From Cyanidioschyzon merolae (taxonomy: Eukaryota), in assembly GCA_000091205.1 (NCBI GenBank), contig AP006497.2: a DNA stretch of 64,000 nucleotides, one strand, 5' to 3'. Below, piece by piece: positions 33,400 to 45,325 of the stretch. The position numbers and the translations under genes were made by a program. Below the pieces are notes generated by a model. It was given only the letters and a program-made list of their open reading frames with translations. It did no database searches and was not told the DNA's origin. How positions within the stretch are numbered: position 1 is the stretch's first letter; every line of letters starts with the position of its first letter.

Positions 33400-36300
33400 A
33401 ATTACCAGTAGAGTAAAGAGGAACTTATACAAGTCGGGGACTCTACAATAGGGAAAGAGACCCAACCAGATACGGAAAAGGAGGCACAAAGTCCTCATGA
33501 TCCACGTACCAGAAGAGTAACTAGAGAAAGCAGCTCAGCAAAAAGCCCGAAGAAGAAGAAGACCAACAAGAAAAGACAGAAGAATAGAGAGAAGAACACC
33601 CAAGCGGGCCCATCACAAGGTATCCCCCGAAAGGGCACTCCAGCGGGAACTCAAGAAAGCTGTCAACAAACCGAGTCACCTACTCACAGCGCTGAAGATC
33701 CGAAAAGCCGTGCATGCAAGTCTTTAGACCAATTGGCACGCGAGTTTGTAGATGAGAATCAGAAGATCGCCAGAGAACTGGGACTGCTGGCACCAGAACG
33801 CAACAGTTGCAAACCTCAGTACCTGAAACGACGTAAAAAAGCACAGATTGATGAATGCCACCGACTCAACAAGATCGTCAACCGCACCGCCATACGCGCC
33901 AACGCCGGAGACAAGGAAGCGAAGGCAGCGCTACCGGCGCTACAGGCGCAACATGAGGAAGCTATCAAAAGAAAGAAGAAACTTTCCAGAGAAAACAAAC
34001 GAGGGGATCGAAACCGCAGAATCGCCTCCCTGGCGAAATCTATGCTAGAGAGCACCAACGAAGATGAGACTTGGCGCTACATCCGATCGAGACTGGACCC
34101 ACCAAAAAAGTGCTTGGGGCTCACACCAATCGTTTATAAGGAAGCGCTGAGGACGGAGAGTTCCTCAGTGAATGAGGCCTGGACGGACCACGGGATAGAG
34201 CTGCATGAAGAAGCAACTGGGAACTGCCAAGACCGAATCTATTGGCACCAATATGCTGCAGAACTACCGCGCCTCGACCTGGTACCAGAATGGAACGACC
34301 CAATCTTCTGGCCTGAATCTGTTCGGACCCTCTTAAGGTCATGCAACCGCAAAACACCTGGCTTTAACGGTATCCCTGCGGAGTGGATGAGACTGGCGAC
34401 CCCAAAAGACGGGACAACAGGGACACCATCGATACCAGATGAACCTGACACAATCTTAGGCAAACGCCCTCTGGAGCTCATCCAACGCATGTTTGAAGAG
34501 GCATACATCCCTGATGTATGTAGGAGTGTTGAGGTCGCACCGATCCTCAAAAAGGACTCCCACATACACAGACATGAACAACTACCGGACTATTCGCCTC
34601 ATCCCGTCAATCATGAAGCTACTTTGCGCCATCCTCACAAACCGGATCCAGAGGGGCCTCTAGGAGCGCAAGTTCTTCGCCCCAAAACAGGCTGGACTCC
34701 GGAGCCGCGAGGAGTGCATGAGCCATGTCCTGACCCTCATTGAAGTGGCGCAACGTCGCTTCATTAGCGACCAACAACCAACTTACGTATGCTTCATCGA
34801 CTTCCAAGAGGCATTTGACACGGTCCCGCATGAGGCTCTATTTCTGAAGATGGAACGAGCCGGAGTCTCCGCAAACTGCTTGGCGTTTTTCCGTGCGCTC
34901 TATGCAGACTCGTGGATGCGCATCCGACTGGGCGACGGCTCAAGAACCCCTTGTATAAGAATACGCCGTGGACTGCGACAGGGCGACCCCGCATCCCCGC
35001 TCCTTTTCAACATCTTCATCAACGATCTGCTGAACAATTGCAGACAATACGGGCTTGAGGTGCCGTGGATAGACTGTGGAGATGCTCGGTGAGGAGCCCT
35101 CACGTAGGAACCGCCTCGCAGGCCTTCTATTTGCGGACGATGTCGTGCTGTTGGCACCCGCCCCGGAAACGCTTGCGGCTAGCATGGAACAAGTCAGCGC
35201 CTGGGCCGATCGCTGGGAGATGAGCATAGGAGCATCGAAGTGCGGCGTTATGGCCATCCATGGAGACTCGCAGAGCATTCGCAATCGCTCGTGGCGGTTG
35301 CAGAATCAGGAAATTCCGATCGTGGAAAAATATCGCTACCTGGGGGTCTGTCTCACGCCGACGCTTGACGAAAAGGCACACGTCGACGAGATGATCGCCA
35401 AGATGCATAGACGTACAGCGATCGCACGCCCAGTCCTATCCGACCCTTCTATCCCCTTAGCAATCCATACGAGGGCACTAAGGATGTGTATCATCCAGCC
35501 TACGACCTGGGGTGCTGAATGGTGCAGCATGAAGCACCCAAATGCCTCGCGTCTGCAGACAGCCGCCAACAGGGCAATGCGACTCGTTGTTGTTGTTGGA
35601 TGCTCAGTGCAGAGCAGAGCGACCAACCTGCTGGCACTCGGACTTGAACTCGAAATACCCTCGATAGAAGCGATAGCAGCAGGCTGCTGGGCATGTATAC
35701 GGACCAAAGGGCCCGCCATGCGCACCTCTTTGAGTCGGATTTTCATGCAGACCCCAACGCACCGCAAGAAAACTTGGATGAAATCAGCGCAGATTTGGCT
35801 GATGCGCCTCTTAGGCGAAAACACGCTCCAATCGTTCCCCAGGAATATAGAATTCTCCCGTCGCCTCAAGCGAACGGTCCAAACACCAATATGGGAACGT
35901 ATACACGGTACCAGTCGCGCCAGTAACGCCGGCTTGACCCTATCCGGAACTACAACCTAGAATACACATGCAAGCACTGATGGGAGGCGCTGGAATTCCC
36001 GGGACTTGCTCGAGGTGCCCAGTAGCTCGCCAAAATCCACGTTGGTGGCTCCTGGCTACCAGCACGTGCTCTAAGCCGTATAGGAACACTGGAATCGCAC
36101 TGGGAATCACACTGTCCCTGCTGTCGAGACGAGACCCCCCCCCCCCCCGAGACGCTGACATATTTAGGCTTACAGTGCCCGCGCTGGAAGCAGGAGCGCA
36201 GCGAGCTCCTTGAAGGACAGCAGCAGCTGGGCATCAGCGTGATAGTCGAAGGCCGGACACTCACTCTGAGTGTAGCACTGGCAACTGATGGTCCGTTAAC

Positions 36301-36640
36301 GGAGCCTCAGCGCTCATCAATGGCGAACAAACTCACATGCTACGTTCTAGGCAGAAGGTCCAGCGAATCGGATGCGCACACGGGCCCAGTGCGCTTTCTG
36401 CGCCTACCCACTGTGGTGGGTATCGAGCACAAACCCACGTTGCCAACCGACAACAATGCATTCCATGCATGATCACGAAGGAGAGAGGCGGCTCCCAGGA
36501 TATATCCTAACAACCAAGTTTCTCCAGCGTGTCGTGCAGCGAATACAAGCCTGCATCCGCAGACTGTCCGAGCACAAACTGACGACGAGACCCGATTCTA
36601 CGTCGGGTGAACCACACCTCGAGCCGACGCCCTTTGTGGT
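33400..36640 (+). mobile_element. 5'-truncated non-LTR (LINE) retrotransposon pseudogene carrying reverse transcriptase
   Basis: RT motifs are split over frames with in-frame stops: NYRTIRLIPSIMKLL, FIDFQEAFDTVPH, RGLRQGDPASPLLFNIF and LLFADDVVLL. A downstream Cys/His motif, HxLLQCPRWKQERSELL, is typical of the LINE C-terminal zinc knuckle. A 14-nt poly-C run lies at 36135..36148. No endonuclease domain was seen upstream, which is consistent with 5' truncation. Confidence 0.8.
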
Positions 36641-36900
36641 ACGCCAACGCCGTTCTGTCTCCGTGCAGCGACAGCACCGGCGCTGTAGGCGCTATTGCTG
36701 TCGCTTTCGGCAGGTACTAGGCACACACGATAGGACGTATGAAATGACCAGTATATTCGAGAAGAAGTAGAGGTAATGTAAAATGGAGGTAGGGGGTTGA
36801 TGGATACCTCACCTCGCACTGAAAACCCCAAAAAGAAAAGAAAAATGCGCATAATCGGAGAACGCTGGCCTATGGAAACGTCTTGGCAATGAAAAAAATT
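36600..36900 (-). repeat. Dispersed repeat family B, copy 3 (truncated)
   Basis: The reverse complement of 36640..36900 aligns with 9400..9660 (cgaatatactggtcatttcatacg... and ...gacagaacggcgttggcgtacc). It abuts the LINE 3' end. Confidence 0.45.
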
Positions 36901-37511
36901 CAGGGCGTCCCTTTCCCACGGTGTCCGCTATGGCGATTCGATGCGCCGCGATCGCCGCCGACGTCGCCCGAGGCGGGTGCCGCGTGCGCGGCGCCGCCTT
37001 CTTTCGCCGATGTCGCGACCTACTCCGCCGACACTTGTTTCTAAGGCGACCACCGCGACAGTGTCGACGGCTTGAAGCTTCGGTTTGTGTCTTGCCAGTG
37101 ACGTTTGGACTATAGTCGCGACACTCGTCTCTCCGTGTGACTCGTTCTAGGAAGATTACTCAAAGCACTAAGCACAGATCTTCAAGCGTCTCTAACAAAC
37201 GAGTGCGTTGGACTTTGGGTTGGACGGCAAGCTCGTGAGGCCCTCCGAGTGAAGTGGAACCCTGTCGAAACGAAAGCGCTGTGGGCTGTTTCTGAAAAAG
37301 CGGTCGCACTGGCGCTTCTCTGAACCGCTGCGTTTCCGTGGCGTGTATCGAGTTTATGCTGATCGAGCAAATTAGCTTGTTCCCGTTCTCGGACGAGGAA
37401 GTCTGGCTGGCCGCTATCAAGTGGAAGTGTGCAGCGTTCACGGACGTGGAGACCGACCCTGGCTAGCGTTGGCTTTTCGGTGAGGAAACTCACAAGTAGG
37501 AAACAAACTCA

Positions 37512-38843
37512 ATGGGGTCCGTTTATGAGCCAGTAGGGTTTGAAGGCCCAGAGAAAAAGCTCGAAATCGACTTTCAACCAGCAGGTGAGGTAGCCGGTTC
37601 GCCCTGCTCGCCAAAGCATAGCCTTCGGTCGGTTCCGCGTAGCAAATGGGAAACAATTCTGGCGGTTGCGCAGTGTAATATCCTCTCGGTATTGCAGAAC
37701 GCACACTGCGACGCCTATTTGCTTTCAGAGTCATCCATGTTCGTCTTCGATCGAAAAGTCATGATCAAGACCTGCGGGACGACTTCGCTCCTCCGCACAG
37801 TTCCCGAGCTGATGGCGGTCGGCCAGCAGCTGCAATTGGAGATAGGATTTCTGCAGTATTCACGCACTGCCTTCCGTTACCCAGAATACCAGCCCGCGCC
37901 GCATCAGAGTTTCCGCGACGAGATCGCATACCTCCGCCAGTACCTACCTGAAGGCTTCGAGCGCGTCATGGCGGATGACCACGCCATTCCGCCTGCCCAA
38001 CGCATGGCGTGGCATGTCTTCACCTACGATAATCAGCGAATGCCCACGAATGAGCAGAGCCTCGAGGTGTGCATGTTTGATCTAGATCCGATGGCAATGC
38101 GGTGCTTTTTCGGCGATGATTCGTTACACGGAGGCGATCCAGTGCTGTGCACGCATGTGTCCGGCATCGATGATCTCTTGCGCGCCGCAAAGCGCCTCGA
38201 TCAGAATGCAGTGGATGACGACGGCGCCGCGCCGCTCGTCGACGCGCACCTCTTCTCGCCGTGCGGGTATTCCATGAACGCCCTGGACGGATCAACCTAC
38301 TACACGATTCATATAACGCCTGAGAACCACTGCAGTTATGTGTCCTTTGAGACAAACGCCCACTTGGGCTCTTTCGTGCCAGTTTTACGCTGCGTTCTTG
38401 AAACATTTCGGCCAGCGCGGTTTCAGGTTGCATACGTAGGCGATGAGCAGGCAGCAGGGACACACGCGGCGCGCGACTGGCCCAAGCACCTTCACGCTGG
38501 GGAGCAGCGTTTCTCGCGTCGCGACGCTCTACAGACCGGGGGATGCGCAAAACCCAAGTGCTCCCCGATGGTATGGAGAAGGACTGGGCCGTACAATCAC
38601 TGGATGGCGAGCAGTGCAACCTATCAGTGCGTGTTGGGCTGGCCGTCCCTAGCTTGCGATGAGATCGCCGGCGAGAGGGCGCACTGCGGCTACAATGGGT
38701 GGAGTTCACCTGTCTCCGGTGACTCGTGGAGTACCCGGCCGACGCCGTCGCTCTGTTCCGACTCCGAGCGCGACCTCGATGACGTTCCACTGGACTCCTC
38801 AACGACATTGGATGGACAGGCTCCGAACATATCCATCGGGTAG
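37512..38843 (+). CDS. S-adenosylmethionine decarboxylase proenzyme
   Basis: FEGPEKKLEIDF matches the AdoMetDC N-terminus. YLLSESSMFVFDRKVMIKTCGTT contains the autoprocessing ESS site. FSPCGYSMNALDGSTYYTIHITPE matches the conserved FEPCGYSMN...TIHITPE block. There is a ~90-aa C-terminal extension. Confidence 0.85.
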   Translation: MGSVYEPVGFEGPEKKLEIDFQPAGEVAGSPCSPKHSLRSVPRSKWETILAVAQCNILSVLQNAHCDAYLLSESSMFVFDRKVMIKTCGTTSLLRTVPELMAVGQQLQLEIGFLQYSRTAFRYPEYQPAPHQSFRDEIAYLRQYLPEGFERVMADDHAIPPAQRMAWHVFTYDNQRMPTNEQSLEVCMFDLDPMAMRCFFGDDSLHGGDPVLCTHVSGIDDLLRAAKRLDQNAVDDDGAAPLVDAHLFSPCGYSMNALDGSTYYTIHITPENHCSYVSFETNAHLGSFVPVLRCVLETFRPARFQVAYVGDEQAAGTHAARDWPKHLHAGEQRFSRRDALQTGGCAKPKCSPMVWRRTGPYNHWMASSATYQCVLGWPSLACDEIAGERAHCGYNGWSSPVSGDSWSTRPTPSLCSDSERDLDDVPLDSSTTLDGQAPNISIG

Positions 38844-38955
38844 CGAAGCGAAGGCGGTAGCTGCGCTCGCAGACGTAGCGATCAGAATTTCACCAGGACT
38901 GCAACATCACCGAGGGGAACCGAGTTCACTCGATTCATGGAAAGATTTCGATGCC

Positions 38956-39942
38956 CTAGGCTTCACGGTTCGTAAACGATACTTTCAACGAATAATCAAC
39001 GCACTCGTATCCCTGCGATAAGCTCACGCTGATAATGTCCGCAGCAGCACACATATAGCGAGGTGCTGTTTCCAGCGTGATACCACCACTCGCTTCGATC
39101 AGGTACCGACAATGGGGCATGGTTGCGGTCTTCTCACGGAGCCGTTTCGCTGTCTCACAAAAAGTCTCTGGATCCATGTTATCCAGCATAATCACATCGG
39201 CGCCCGCTGTGATGGCGGCAAGGGCGCTCGCTTCCGAACCGCACTCAACCTCGACGCTGACTGAGAAACCAGCACAGTTGCGTGCTCTGCGAACGGCCTC
39301 TTGAATGACGATTGGGTCATCGGGTGCTCGCTGGAGCTCCAGCCCGATGCAGGCCAGGTGATTATCCTTTAGCATGATCATGCCAGAGAGGTCCACCCGG
39401 TGCATGTCAGCACCACCAATGTGCATGCCATACTTCTCAACCAGTCGAAACCCTGGCGTCGTTTTACGTGTTCCCGCGATGACACCATGCCACTGGCGTA
39501 CCCGACAGAGTTGCTTGAACTGGCGAGCACGCGTCGCAACACCCGAACAGCGTGAAAGCAAGTTCAAGGCGGTGCGCTCGCCCTGGAGCAAACGCCGAGC
39601 AGGCCCGCGAACGGTGGCAAGAGGTCGTTTGCCTGCACTCGAACTACCTTCCGCGCCATCCCAGTACTGTCCTTCTAGACTAGTGGTAGAAGTGGTACCT
39701 TCGTCGCGCCAAGTGACGCTGCAGCCGAGTGTTTCGAAGACCGCGTCGAAGAACGGACGTCCCGCCACGACGCCAGCACTTTTCTGCCAGAGCGTTCCAC
39801 TAGCGGGCCGCAGATCTACGAGAGAACCACTGAAATCGAAGGATGGGGCATCTTCAAGGAGCCAGCGCTCTATGTGCGCGTTCAGCAGCAGCGGCAGAGG
39901 TGCGACACGCGCTCGCTCCAGCTGCTTTTCTTTGCTATTCAT
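38956..39942 (-). CDS. Nicotinate-nucleotide pyrophosphorylase [carboxylating] (quinolinate phosphoribosyltransferase)
   Basis: The first ATG is at 39942 (MNSKEKQ...); the track start at 39999 is TTG. Matches include ERTALNLLSRCSGVATRARQF, HGVIAGTRKTTPGFRLVEKYGMHIGGADMHRVDLSGMIMLKDNH, AGADVIMLDNMDPE and IEASGGITLETAP, all aligning with QPRT/NadC. Confidence 0.85.
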   Translation of the reverse strand: MNSKEKQLERARVAPLPLLLNAHIERWLLEDAPSFDFSGSLVDLRPASGTLWQKSAGVVAGRPFFDAVFETLGCSVTWRDEGTTSTTSLEGQYWDGAEGSSSAGKRPLATVRGPARRLLQGERTALNLLSRCSGVATRARQFKQLCRVRQWHGVIAGTRKTTPGFRLVEKYGMHIGGADMHRVDLSGMIMLKDNHLACIGLELQRAPDDPIVIQEAVRRARNCAGFSVSVEVECGSEASALAAITAGADVIMLDNMDPETFCETAKRLREKTATMPHCRYLIEASGGITLETAPRYMCAAADIISVSLSQGYECVDYSLKVSFTNREA

Positions 39943-41642
39943 GCAAAGCGATTCTCGAACGACTGGAGCTTGCGCTGAATAGCGTTTGGTAAATCTCAAA
40001 CAGCTTGAGCTCTACTACAAGTTATGCTCCGTCCAGAGGGCAACACAGCGGCTAACGCAAAGCAGCCTGGACTCTTGAATGAAGCATCTGGGGCACTTCT
40101 TGAATGAGCGATCGCTCTGCGCCAGACGCCGATGCCCAGCTCGGGTGCACTGGGGTCCATCGCTACCGCTACTTGTCCGTACGCTGAAGCGTAAAGAAAC
40201 GCCCGAGAATCCACCCTGGAAATCACTGGAGAGAAAAGAACGTATGGAGACCGGACGATGCCTCCTGTGAGTCACGGAGACAGGGATGTAGCAGTTGGAT
40301 CACCGTTTGCGGTGAGACGCTGGCATCAGGCTCGGGAAACGTTTGTATGTGCGGTCGTATCCGTGGGAGTGCTGGTGTGCTGTGGCGGTGGTGCTTGCGA
40401 ATCAGACGACACATGACCGCGAGGCATTCAACCAGCTGCGCATGCTAGTGCTGACGCAGGAGCACGTACTATGTCCGAAATGTGTGCTCTAGCTTTCACT
40501 GAAGCTGTGGCGTTGTCGGTGCTAGGCACGGTATCCGTTCTAATGCTGGAGGTTTTGCGCATTCCAGGAATCCCCAGGAACGCTTCGGTTGCCTCGATGG
40601 ACTACATTGCTGCAAATTCTTCTGCTTGGGCAAGTGTTTCCGTTTAGAAGTATTTCGACGAGAAGCGCTGACCACTGCATGAAGCCGAAATCTTAGAGGG
40701 AGCCAGCAGTCCGCGCAGATGCTTTTTACTGGACACAAAGTGTCATCAAGTGCTGCTGTAGGTTTTTCCCCATTTACTGAAGAGGCGTGTCGGTGCCGAA
40801 CTCGGCCCGCTGATCAGTCGTGCAAGCTCCCAGCTTGCTCTCGGAACGCATAAATGCGCTTCGTGCAGACAAGGAATGGAAGCGTTGTAGTGGTTCGTAG
40901 GTTCTTTCTTCTTTCGAGCTGTTCGATAGCGTTCACATAGAACGCTCTCATGCGCTCGCTTATTCGCTGCCATTGTCAGCTGCGGACCTGAACGGTTCCA
41001 CAGGCACTTTTTTTGAGGCGATCGGCTAGCGCACGCACGCCATGTTTTCCAGTCCGCTGCACCGATAAACCAGCGCGGCGTGGGTACTCTCGTCGACGAC
41101 GCGACCGCAGCACTGCTGTTACGGGTTTACGCGGGATAGATTCCAGCCGGAAACCTTCGATAGGCAGTACTGGAAGCGGTTGGAAAACGATCGCCCACGC
41201 TTCACTCGGGAAACCTTACTATAGTCTGTGCTATAGAGAGGAATATGCTCTGCGACCTCGAGCACCGTACGCGGCGTCCGGATCAATATCGCTGAAGCTG
41301 CTCTAGCACGGAACCCGCATTCAAGTTCATGTTTTAAACTGAAACATGCTCTGCGCTCATGAACAGTGTGGAGGCCATTCGAGCTATCTCCGTGCTCCTT
41401 TTCACGCCCTCGCGTGTCATCGAGTTCTTTCCCAAGACGCGTTTTGCGAAAGAAATTCTCCCTGTAAATTCATAAGGCAGAGCAGAGAGCCGGCGCTCAG
41501 CACGCCATGACTTTAGCAGCGCTCGCGTTGCAAGTTGCCAACGCCGTACAATGCCAGGGAGCCTCGGCTTGGTCTGCCACACTCAGGTCAAAATAACGTG
41601 GGACGAACCTGCGTAACTGACTCGGACGTACGTACGAAACCT

Positions 41643-42770
41643 GGTTCTCTTCCCAGTATCATCAGCAACAGCCTTTGCGAGATTCTTCGGCGACTGCTCC
41701 CTTTTCCGGTCTCTTGTCTCTGGCGTGCCATAGCCGATCTCTCCTGTGATCGATGTACTATGTCAGCAGTCAACGGATGCCGATGGCAGCATCGAAGCCT
41801 CGATTTCGCTGCTTCTGGCTGTCGCCGACGCGCTTCATGAACAGACCGTAGATGCGATCTACGCCCCGCTTGGCATGTTCGCCTTCTTCATCATATACCG
41901 CCTCTGTACGCCGTATACAGCGGTGACGCTTCGCTACCGTCGGTTATTCGCGTATGTCGACTGCGCGTCTTCCGCGGGCCGTCCTACAACGCGTGAACGC
42001 TTGCCTCATCGCCCGGCACATGCCCCGCCATGGCACAGAACGCTTCTCTGGGTGCGGTCCTCGGTTTCAGCACGCGGTGCCGTGCACTACGATTACGTGC
42101 TCCACCCGGGCGATCCTCTCGCCATTGTCTCTGTCCTCTGCACGAGCAAGCGCGCGCTCTTCCAATGGATAGATGATTTATGGAACGCGATGTCGTCCAC
42201 GATGAAACTTGTGTCGGAAGGAAAACCAGGGCTGGATCAGCATTCGAGAGATTCGGATGCGTCAACGCTGCCTCTGTACGAATCGATGACGCACTCTGCA
42301 CTAGCCGCACTCGCGGCGATACAAGAAGGCCGGTTCGAAACCTCTTCTACGTGCAACCGGAAGCGTCGTGTGCCTCAGGGAGTACAAGCCATGAGGTATG
42401 CCATGCTCCTGGGGAATGCGGTTCCGTTAGTGGCCTCAGAGAGAGGATAATTTGGCTTTCCGTGAGATTGTTTATTTGATGTGAGTGTCTCAGTGAACTC
42501 TTGGCGTGGACTTGCGAAGAGGTCGATGAGGGTCTTCGATGGGTTTTTCCTATTCAATCCAGATGCGCAGAATGCTGAGCCCACGACTTGCCTACAAAAA
42601 CTGGTTGATCGAAAACTTGGTGAATGCTTATGTTGAGCATGCTGCGCGCAATAAATGGAGAAGCGCGGAGTCTCGTACTTACGCATTGGATAACGATATC
42701 GGTTCTTTTACGGAACCCTGCTGGAGGGCGTCGTGCTTCATCATGATTTCGATAAAGGATCGAATTCCAG
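41643..42770 (+). repeat. 1.1 kb duplicated block, copy 1 (direct repeat of 52957..54085 at ~99% identity)
   Basis: It contains an identical 234-aa ORF (41746..42450 matching 53063..53767) of unknown function, with only a few substitutions between copies. Flanking homology continues at lower identity for tens of bp. Confidence 0.8.
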
Positions 42771-43102
42771 CAGTAAAGCATCCGAGGCGCTACAGCAAAA
42801 TGACGACCGAAAAAGCCACATCTGGCGTATGCATCCGTACGCTCTTGTTGCTGCAGGTCGAACGGTGAGGCTGGTCATCCCATAAAATTCTGACAAAATC
42901 GACATGCAGTTCAGTATGCCACGTTAGCGTTGACATGGATGTCGCGCCTCTGAATTGTGTGCGCAAATTTGCGCACCGCAGTTAACCAGAGTCGCCTGTA
43001 CTCCATGATTGCTCAGGATATTTCCGGCGTGATACACGGAACAGCAAGCCTTGATCATTGCAGCACGCATCGTACCCAATCAGAAGCCGCAGACGAAAAT
43101 CG

Positions 43103-45325
43103 TTAGTCTGAACTCGCGGCCTCGATCGCTGACGAGGCATTGTCGCTGGCATGCGGCGGCTCTGCTGTTGAACGCTGCGACGCTGCAACGTCTGGCGTGC
43201 CTCTGTCTGATATGGGTGTGGCGGTCTGCGACCTCCAGGCCGGGGCCGCCGCAGCTGCTGCAGCTGCTGCAGCCTCGCGCGCAGCTTCCTCCGCCAGGTC
43301 CTCCGGGATGCGGTACCGATCCATGGAAGCGAACAACGTAGATGGCGCTCCCGTCGGTAGCGGCATTTTCAGGGCTGATATCAGCGGATTGCCCGTAGGT
43401 CTTGGTCTATAGAGTGGCTTTTCACCGGGCGATGTATGCACCGATCCGATAATTTGAAGACCGTGGAAGAGGTCGACGCCCAGCTCTGCCTTACAACGGC
43501 GATAGAAATCTTTCGGCGCCAGTTTTCCGCGACCGGTGCCGCGTGCAATCATGCGCTGCGACTTGACCCAGAGCCGCACCGAGCGAAAGCGATCTCGACG
43601 ACAAATAACGCTCGGATACGGATGCAATGGAGTCCATTCATCCGTTTCGTAACGCCATTGGCGGAGCTCGGCAAAACGCTCCTCCAGAGAATGTGTTCGC
43701 TTGTTTCTCTCAGCCTGAGGCGTATCTGCTGGCGCCGTCGATACGCCCTCATCCGAAAGATGATCGCCCTCAGATTGTTCAGTGGATTGTCTGGGGTGAG
43801 CGCGCGGCTGCGTGAAGCTATCGCTGCCAGTCTGGGAAGCCTCTGGTGACTGCTGCTCCAGTTCGTTTTGTTGCGAGCCCGCGTGCGTTGGTGTTGCGCG
43901 CCCCTCACTATCAACCTGAGACGTGACCTGCTGTTCCTTGTCCCGTTGGCGCTCCTCGCGTTTTCGTTGCCGCTCTGCTTCACGTTCTGCTCTACGTTTC
44001 GCAAGCAGCTCCGATTCCCGTTTTCGATAGACCGACTCCAGATCCTTGGCTGTTACACTAGCGTCGTTCACAAAGACAGGATGTTGTTTCAGCTCGGCTG
44101 CGAAAACTTTGAGCATTTTGGAGACGCTGCGGGGTTTCTTGTAGCGAAAATTAGCAGCATTCAACGCTTGAACCTGGTGGACAAAGTACTGGTGCACGCA
44201 ATCAAGAAGCGCTGGCCTCTCGAGCAGGTTCGATTCCGTTGCTCCGTCCGCAGCAGGCAGCTGCTCCGCTACAATGTGGAGCTGATCTCGTATCTGGCGT
44301 AGCTGCTCTTCGGCGTCGCGCTCTACCTGACGCCAGTATCGAGCAGATGCAACCTGCAAAAGCTTCGGCTTGGTTGTTCGCAGGAATGCTAAACGATTGA
44401 AGAGTTCCTCTTGAAAGCGGTACGGGACGGAGCCCTCACTGGTGGGCACCGAAGCAAGTCGAGCAGCAACAGCGCTTTCGCAAAATTCTGCCAGCAATTC
44501 CACGAGTTCTGGTACTTTCTCCCATCCATTCGGCTTCTTGTCTCCGTAGAGGTCACGAATGCGTGCCTCTAGACGCCGTGCCACCTCTTCCACTCGCTGT
44601 GGGAGCACAACTCGTGAATGGCGCCGCGACCAGGCCCATTCCTCAAAGTCATCGTCCTGGGATGGCCCCGAGCGTCCCGTCATCCCCGAAGCGAGCTGAT
44701 GACGCTCCGGCGTCGATGCCGCACTAGCAGGCCGCGGATCCGCCGAAGGAATCCGATTCCAGCGCTGCCCCAGGATGCTGGATAATACGCCAAAACCAGG
44801 CTGCATATCAGCTGCAAAATCCTCGGTTATTTCAGAGTCATCAATAAAGTCGGAGTCATAGTCATAAACGGAGTCGTCGGACTCGTAGTTGCCACGAACT
44901 GCAGCGTTCAGCCGTCGGCGTCGCCGTTTGCGACCTTGACGTTGTCGTCCGGTTGGAACTGTCGCCCTCACAGGTGCAATAGTCTGTGGAATTGAGGCAG
45001 GTGACCCCGGAGGCTGCTCGCGAACGTTTGTTTCCAGATCTCCCTGCTTCGTGGGAAGCCGCAAGCTCCCCGTCGCTTCCAAAGCGGAGACTGGCTTGTT
45101 TGCTTCCGTTTGAGAGGGCTGGGCAGCCTCAGTCCTGAATGCGACACCATCGGACGCTTCTAAAGTTCCTGAAGCGACGACGGAAGCGGTAGCAGTGGAC
45201 GGCGCAAGCACGCGAGTCGCGCCGGCCGTTTCCTCGCGTACGGGAGCCGGAGCAACAGCGCTCTGCCGACGCATGAGCTCCCGAAAGTTCAGTTCATTGG
45301 TCCGCTCAGGATCCAGCCTCAACAT
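43103..45325 (-). CDS. Ubinuclein/Hpc2-like protein (HUN-domain histone chaperone subunit of the HIRA complex), 740 aa
   Basis: ATG at 45325. The acidic motif NYESDDSVYDYDSDFIDDSEITEDF matches the conserved HUN/HRD core (YD..D.FIDD.E). It has a basic RQRQGRKRRRRR stretch, a poly-Ala tract and a coiled-coil/charged region. Confidence 0.55.
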   Translation of the reverse strand: MLRLDPERTNELNFRELMRRQSAVAPAPVREETAGATRVLAPSTATASVVASGTLEASDGVAFRTEAAQPSQTEANKPVSALEATGSLRLPTKQGDLETNVREQPPGSPASIPQTIAPVRATVPTGRQRQGRKRRRRRLNAAVRGNYESDDSVYDYDSDFIDDSEITEDFAADMQPGFGVLSSILGQRWNRIPSADPRPASAASTPERHQLASGMTGRSGPSQDDDFEEWAWSRRHSRVVLPQRVEEVARRLEARIRDLYGDKKPNGWEKVPELVELLAEFCESAVAARLASVPTSEGSVPYRFQEELFNRLAFLRTTKPKLLQVASARYWRQVERDAEEQLRQIRDQLHIVAEQLPAADGATESNLLERPALLDCVHQYFVHQVQALNAANFRYKKPRSVSKMLKVFAAELKQHPVFVNDASVTAKDLESVYRKRESELLAKRRAEREAERQRKREERQRDKEQQVTSQVDSEGRATPTHAGSQQNELEQQSPEASQTGSDSFTQPRAHPRQSTEQSEGDHLSDEGVSTAPADTPQAERNKRTHSLEERFAELRQWRYETDEWTPLHPYPSVICRRDRFRSVRLWVKSQRMIARGTGRGKLAPKDFYRRCKAELGVDLFHGLQIIGSVHTSPGEKPLYRPRPTGNPLISALKMPLPTGAPSTLFASMDRYRIPEDLAEEAAREAAAAAAAAAAPAWRSQTATPISDRGTPDVAASQRSTAEPPHASDNASSAIEAASSD

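Noticed and set aside
38020-38808. 262-aa minus-strand ORF antisense to SAMDC, Arg/Ser-rich
   Set aside because: Antisense to a strongly supported gene. Its low-complexity R/S composition is typical of spurious GC-rich antisense frames.
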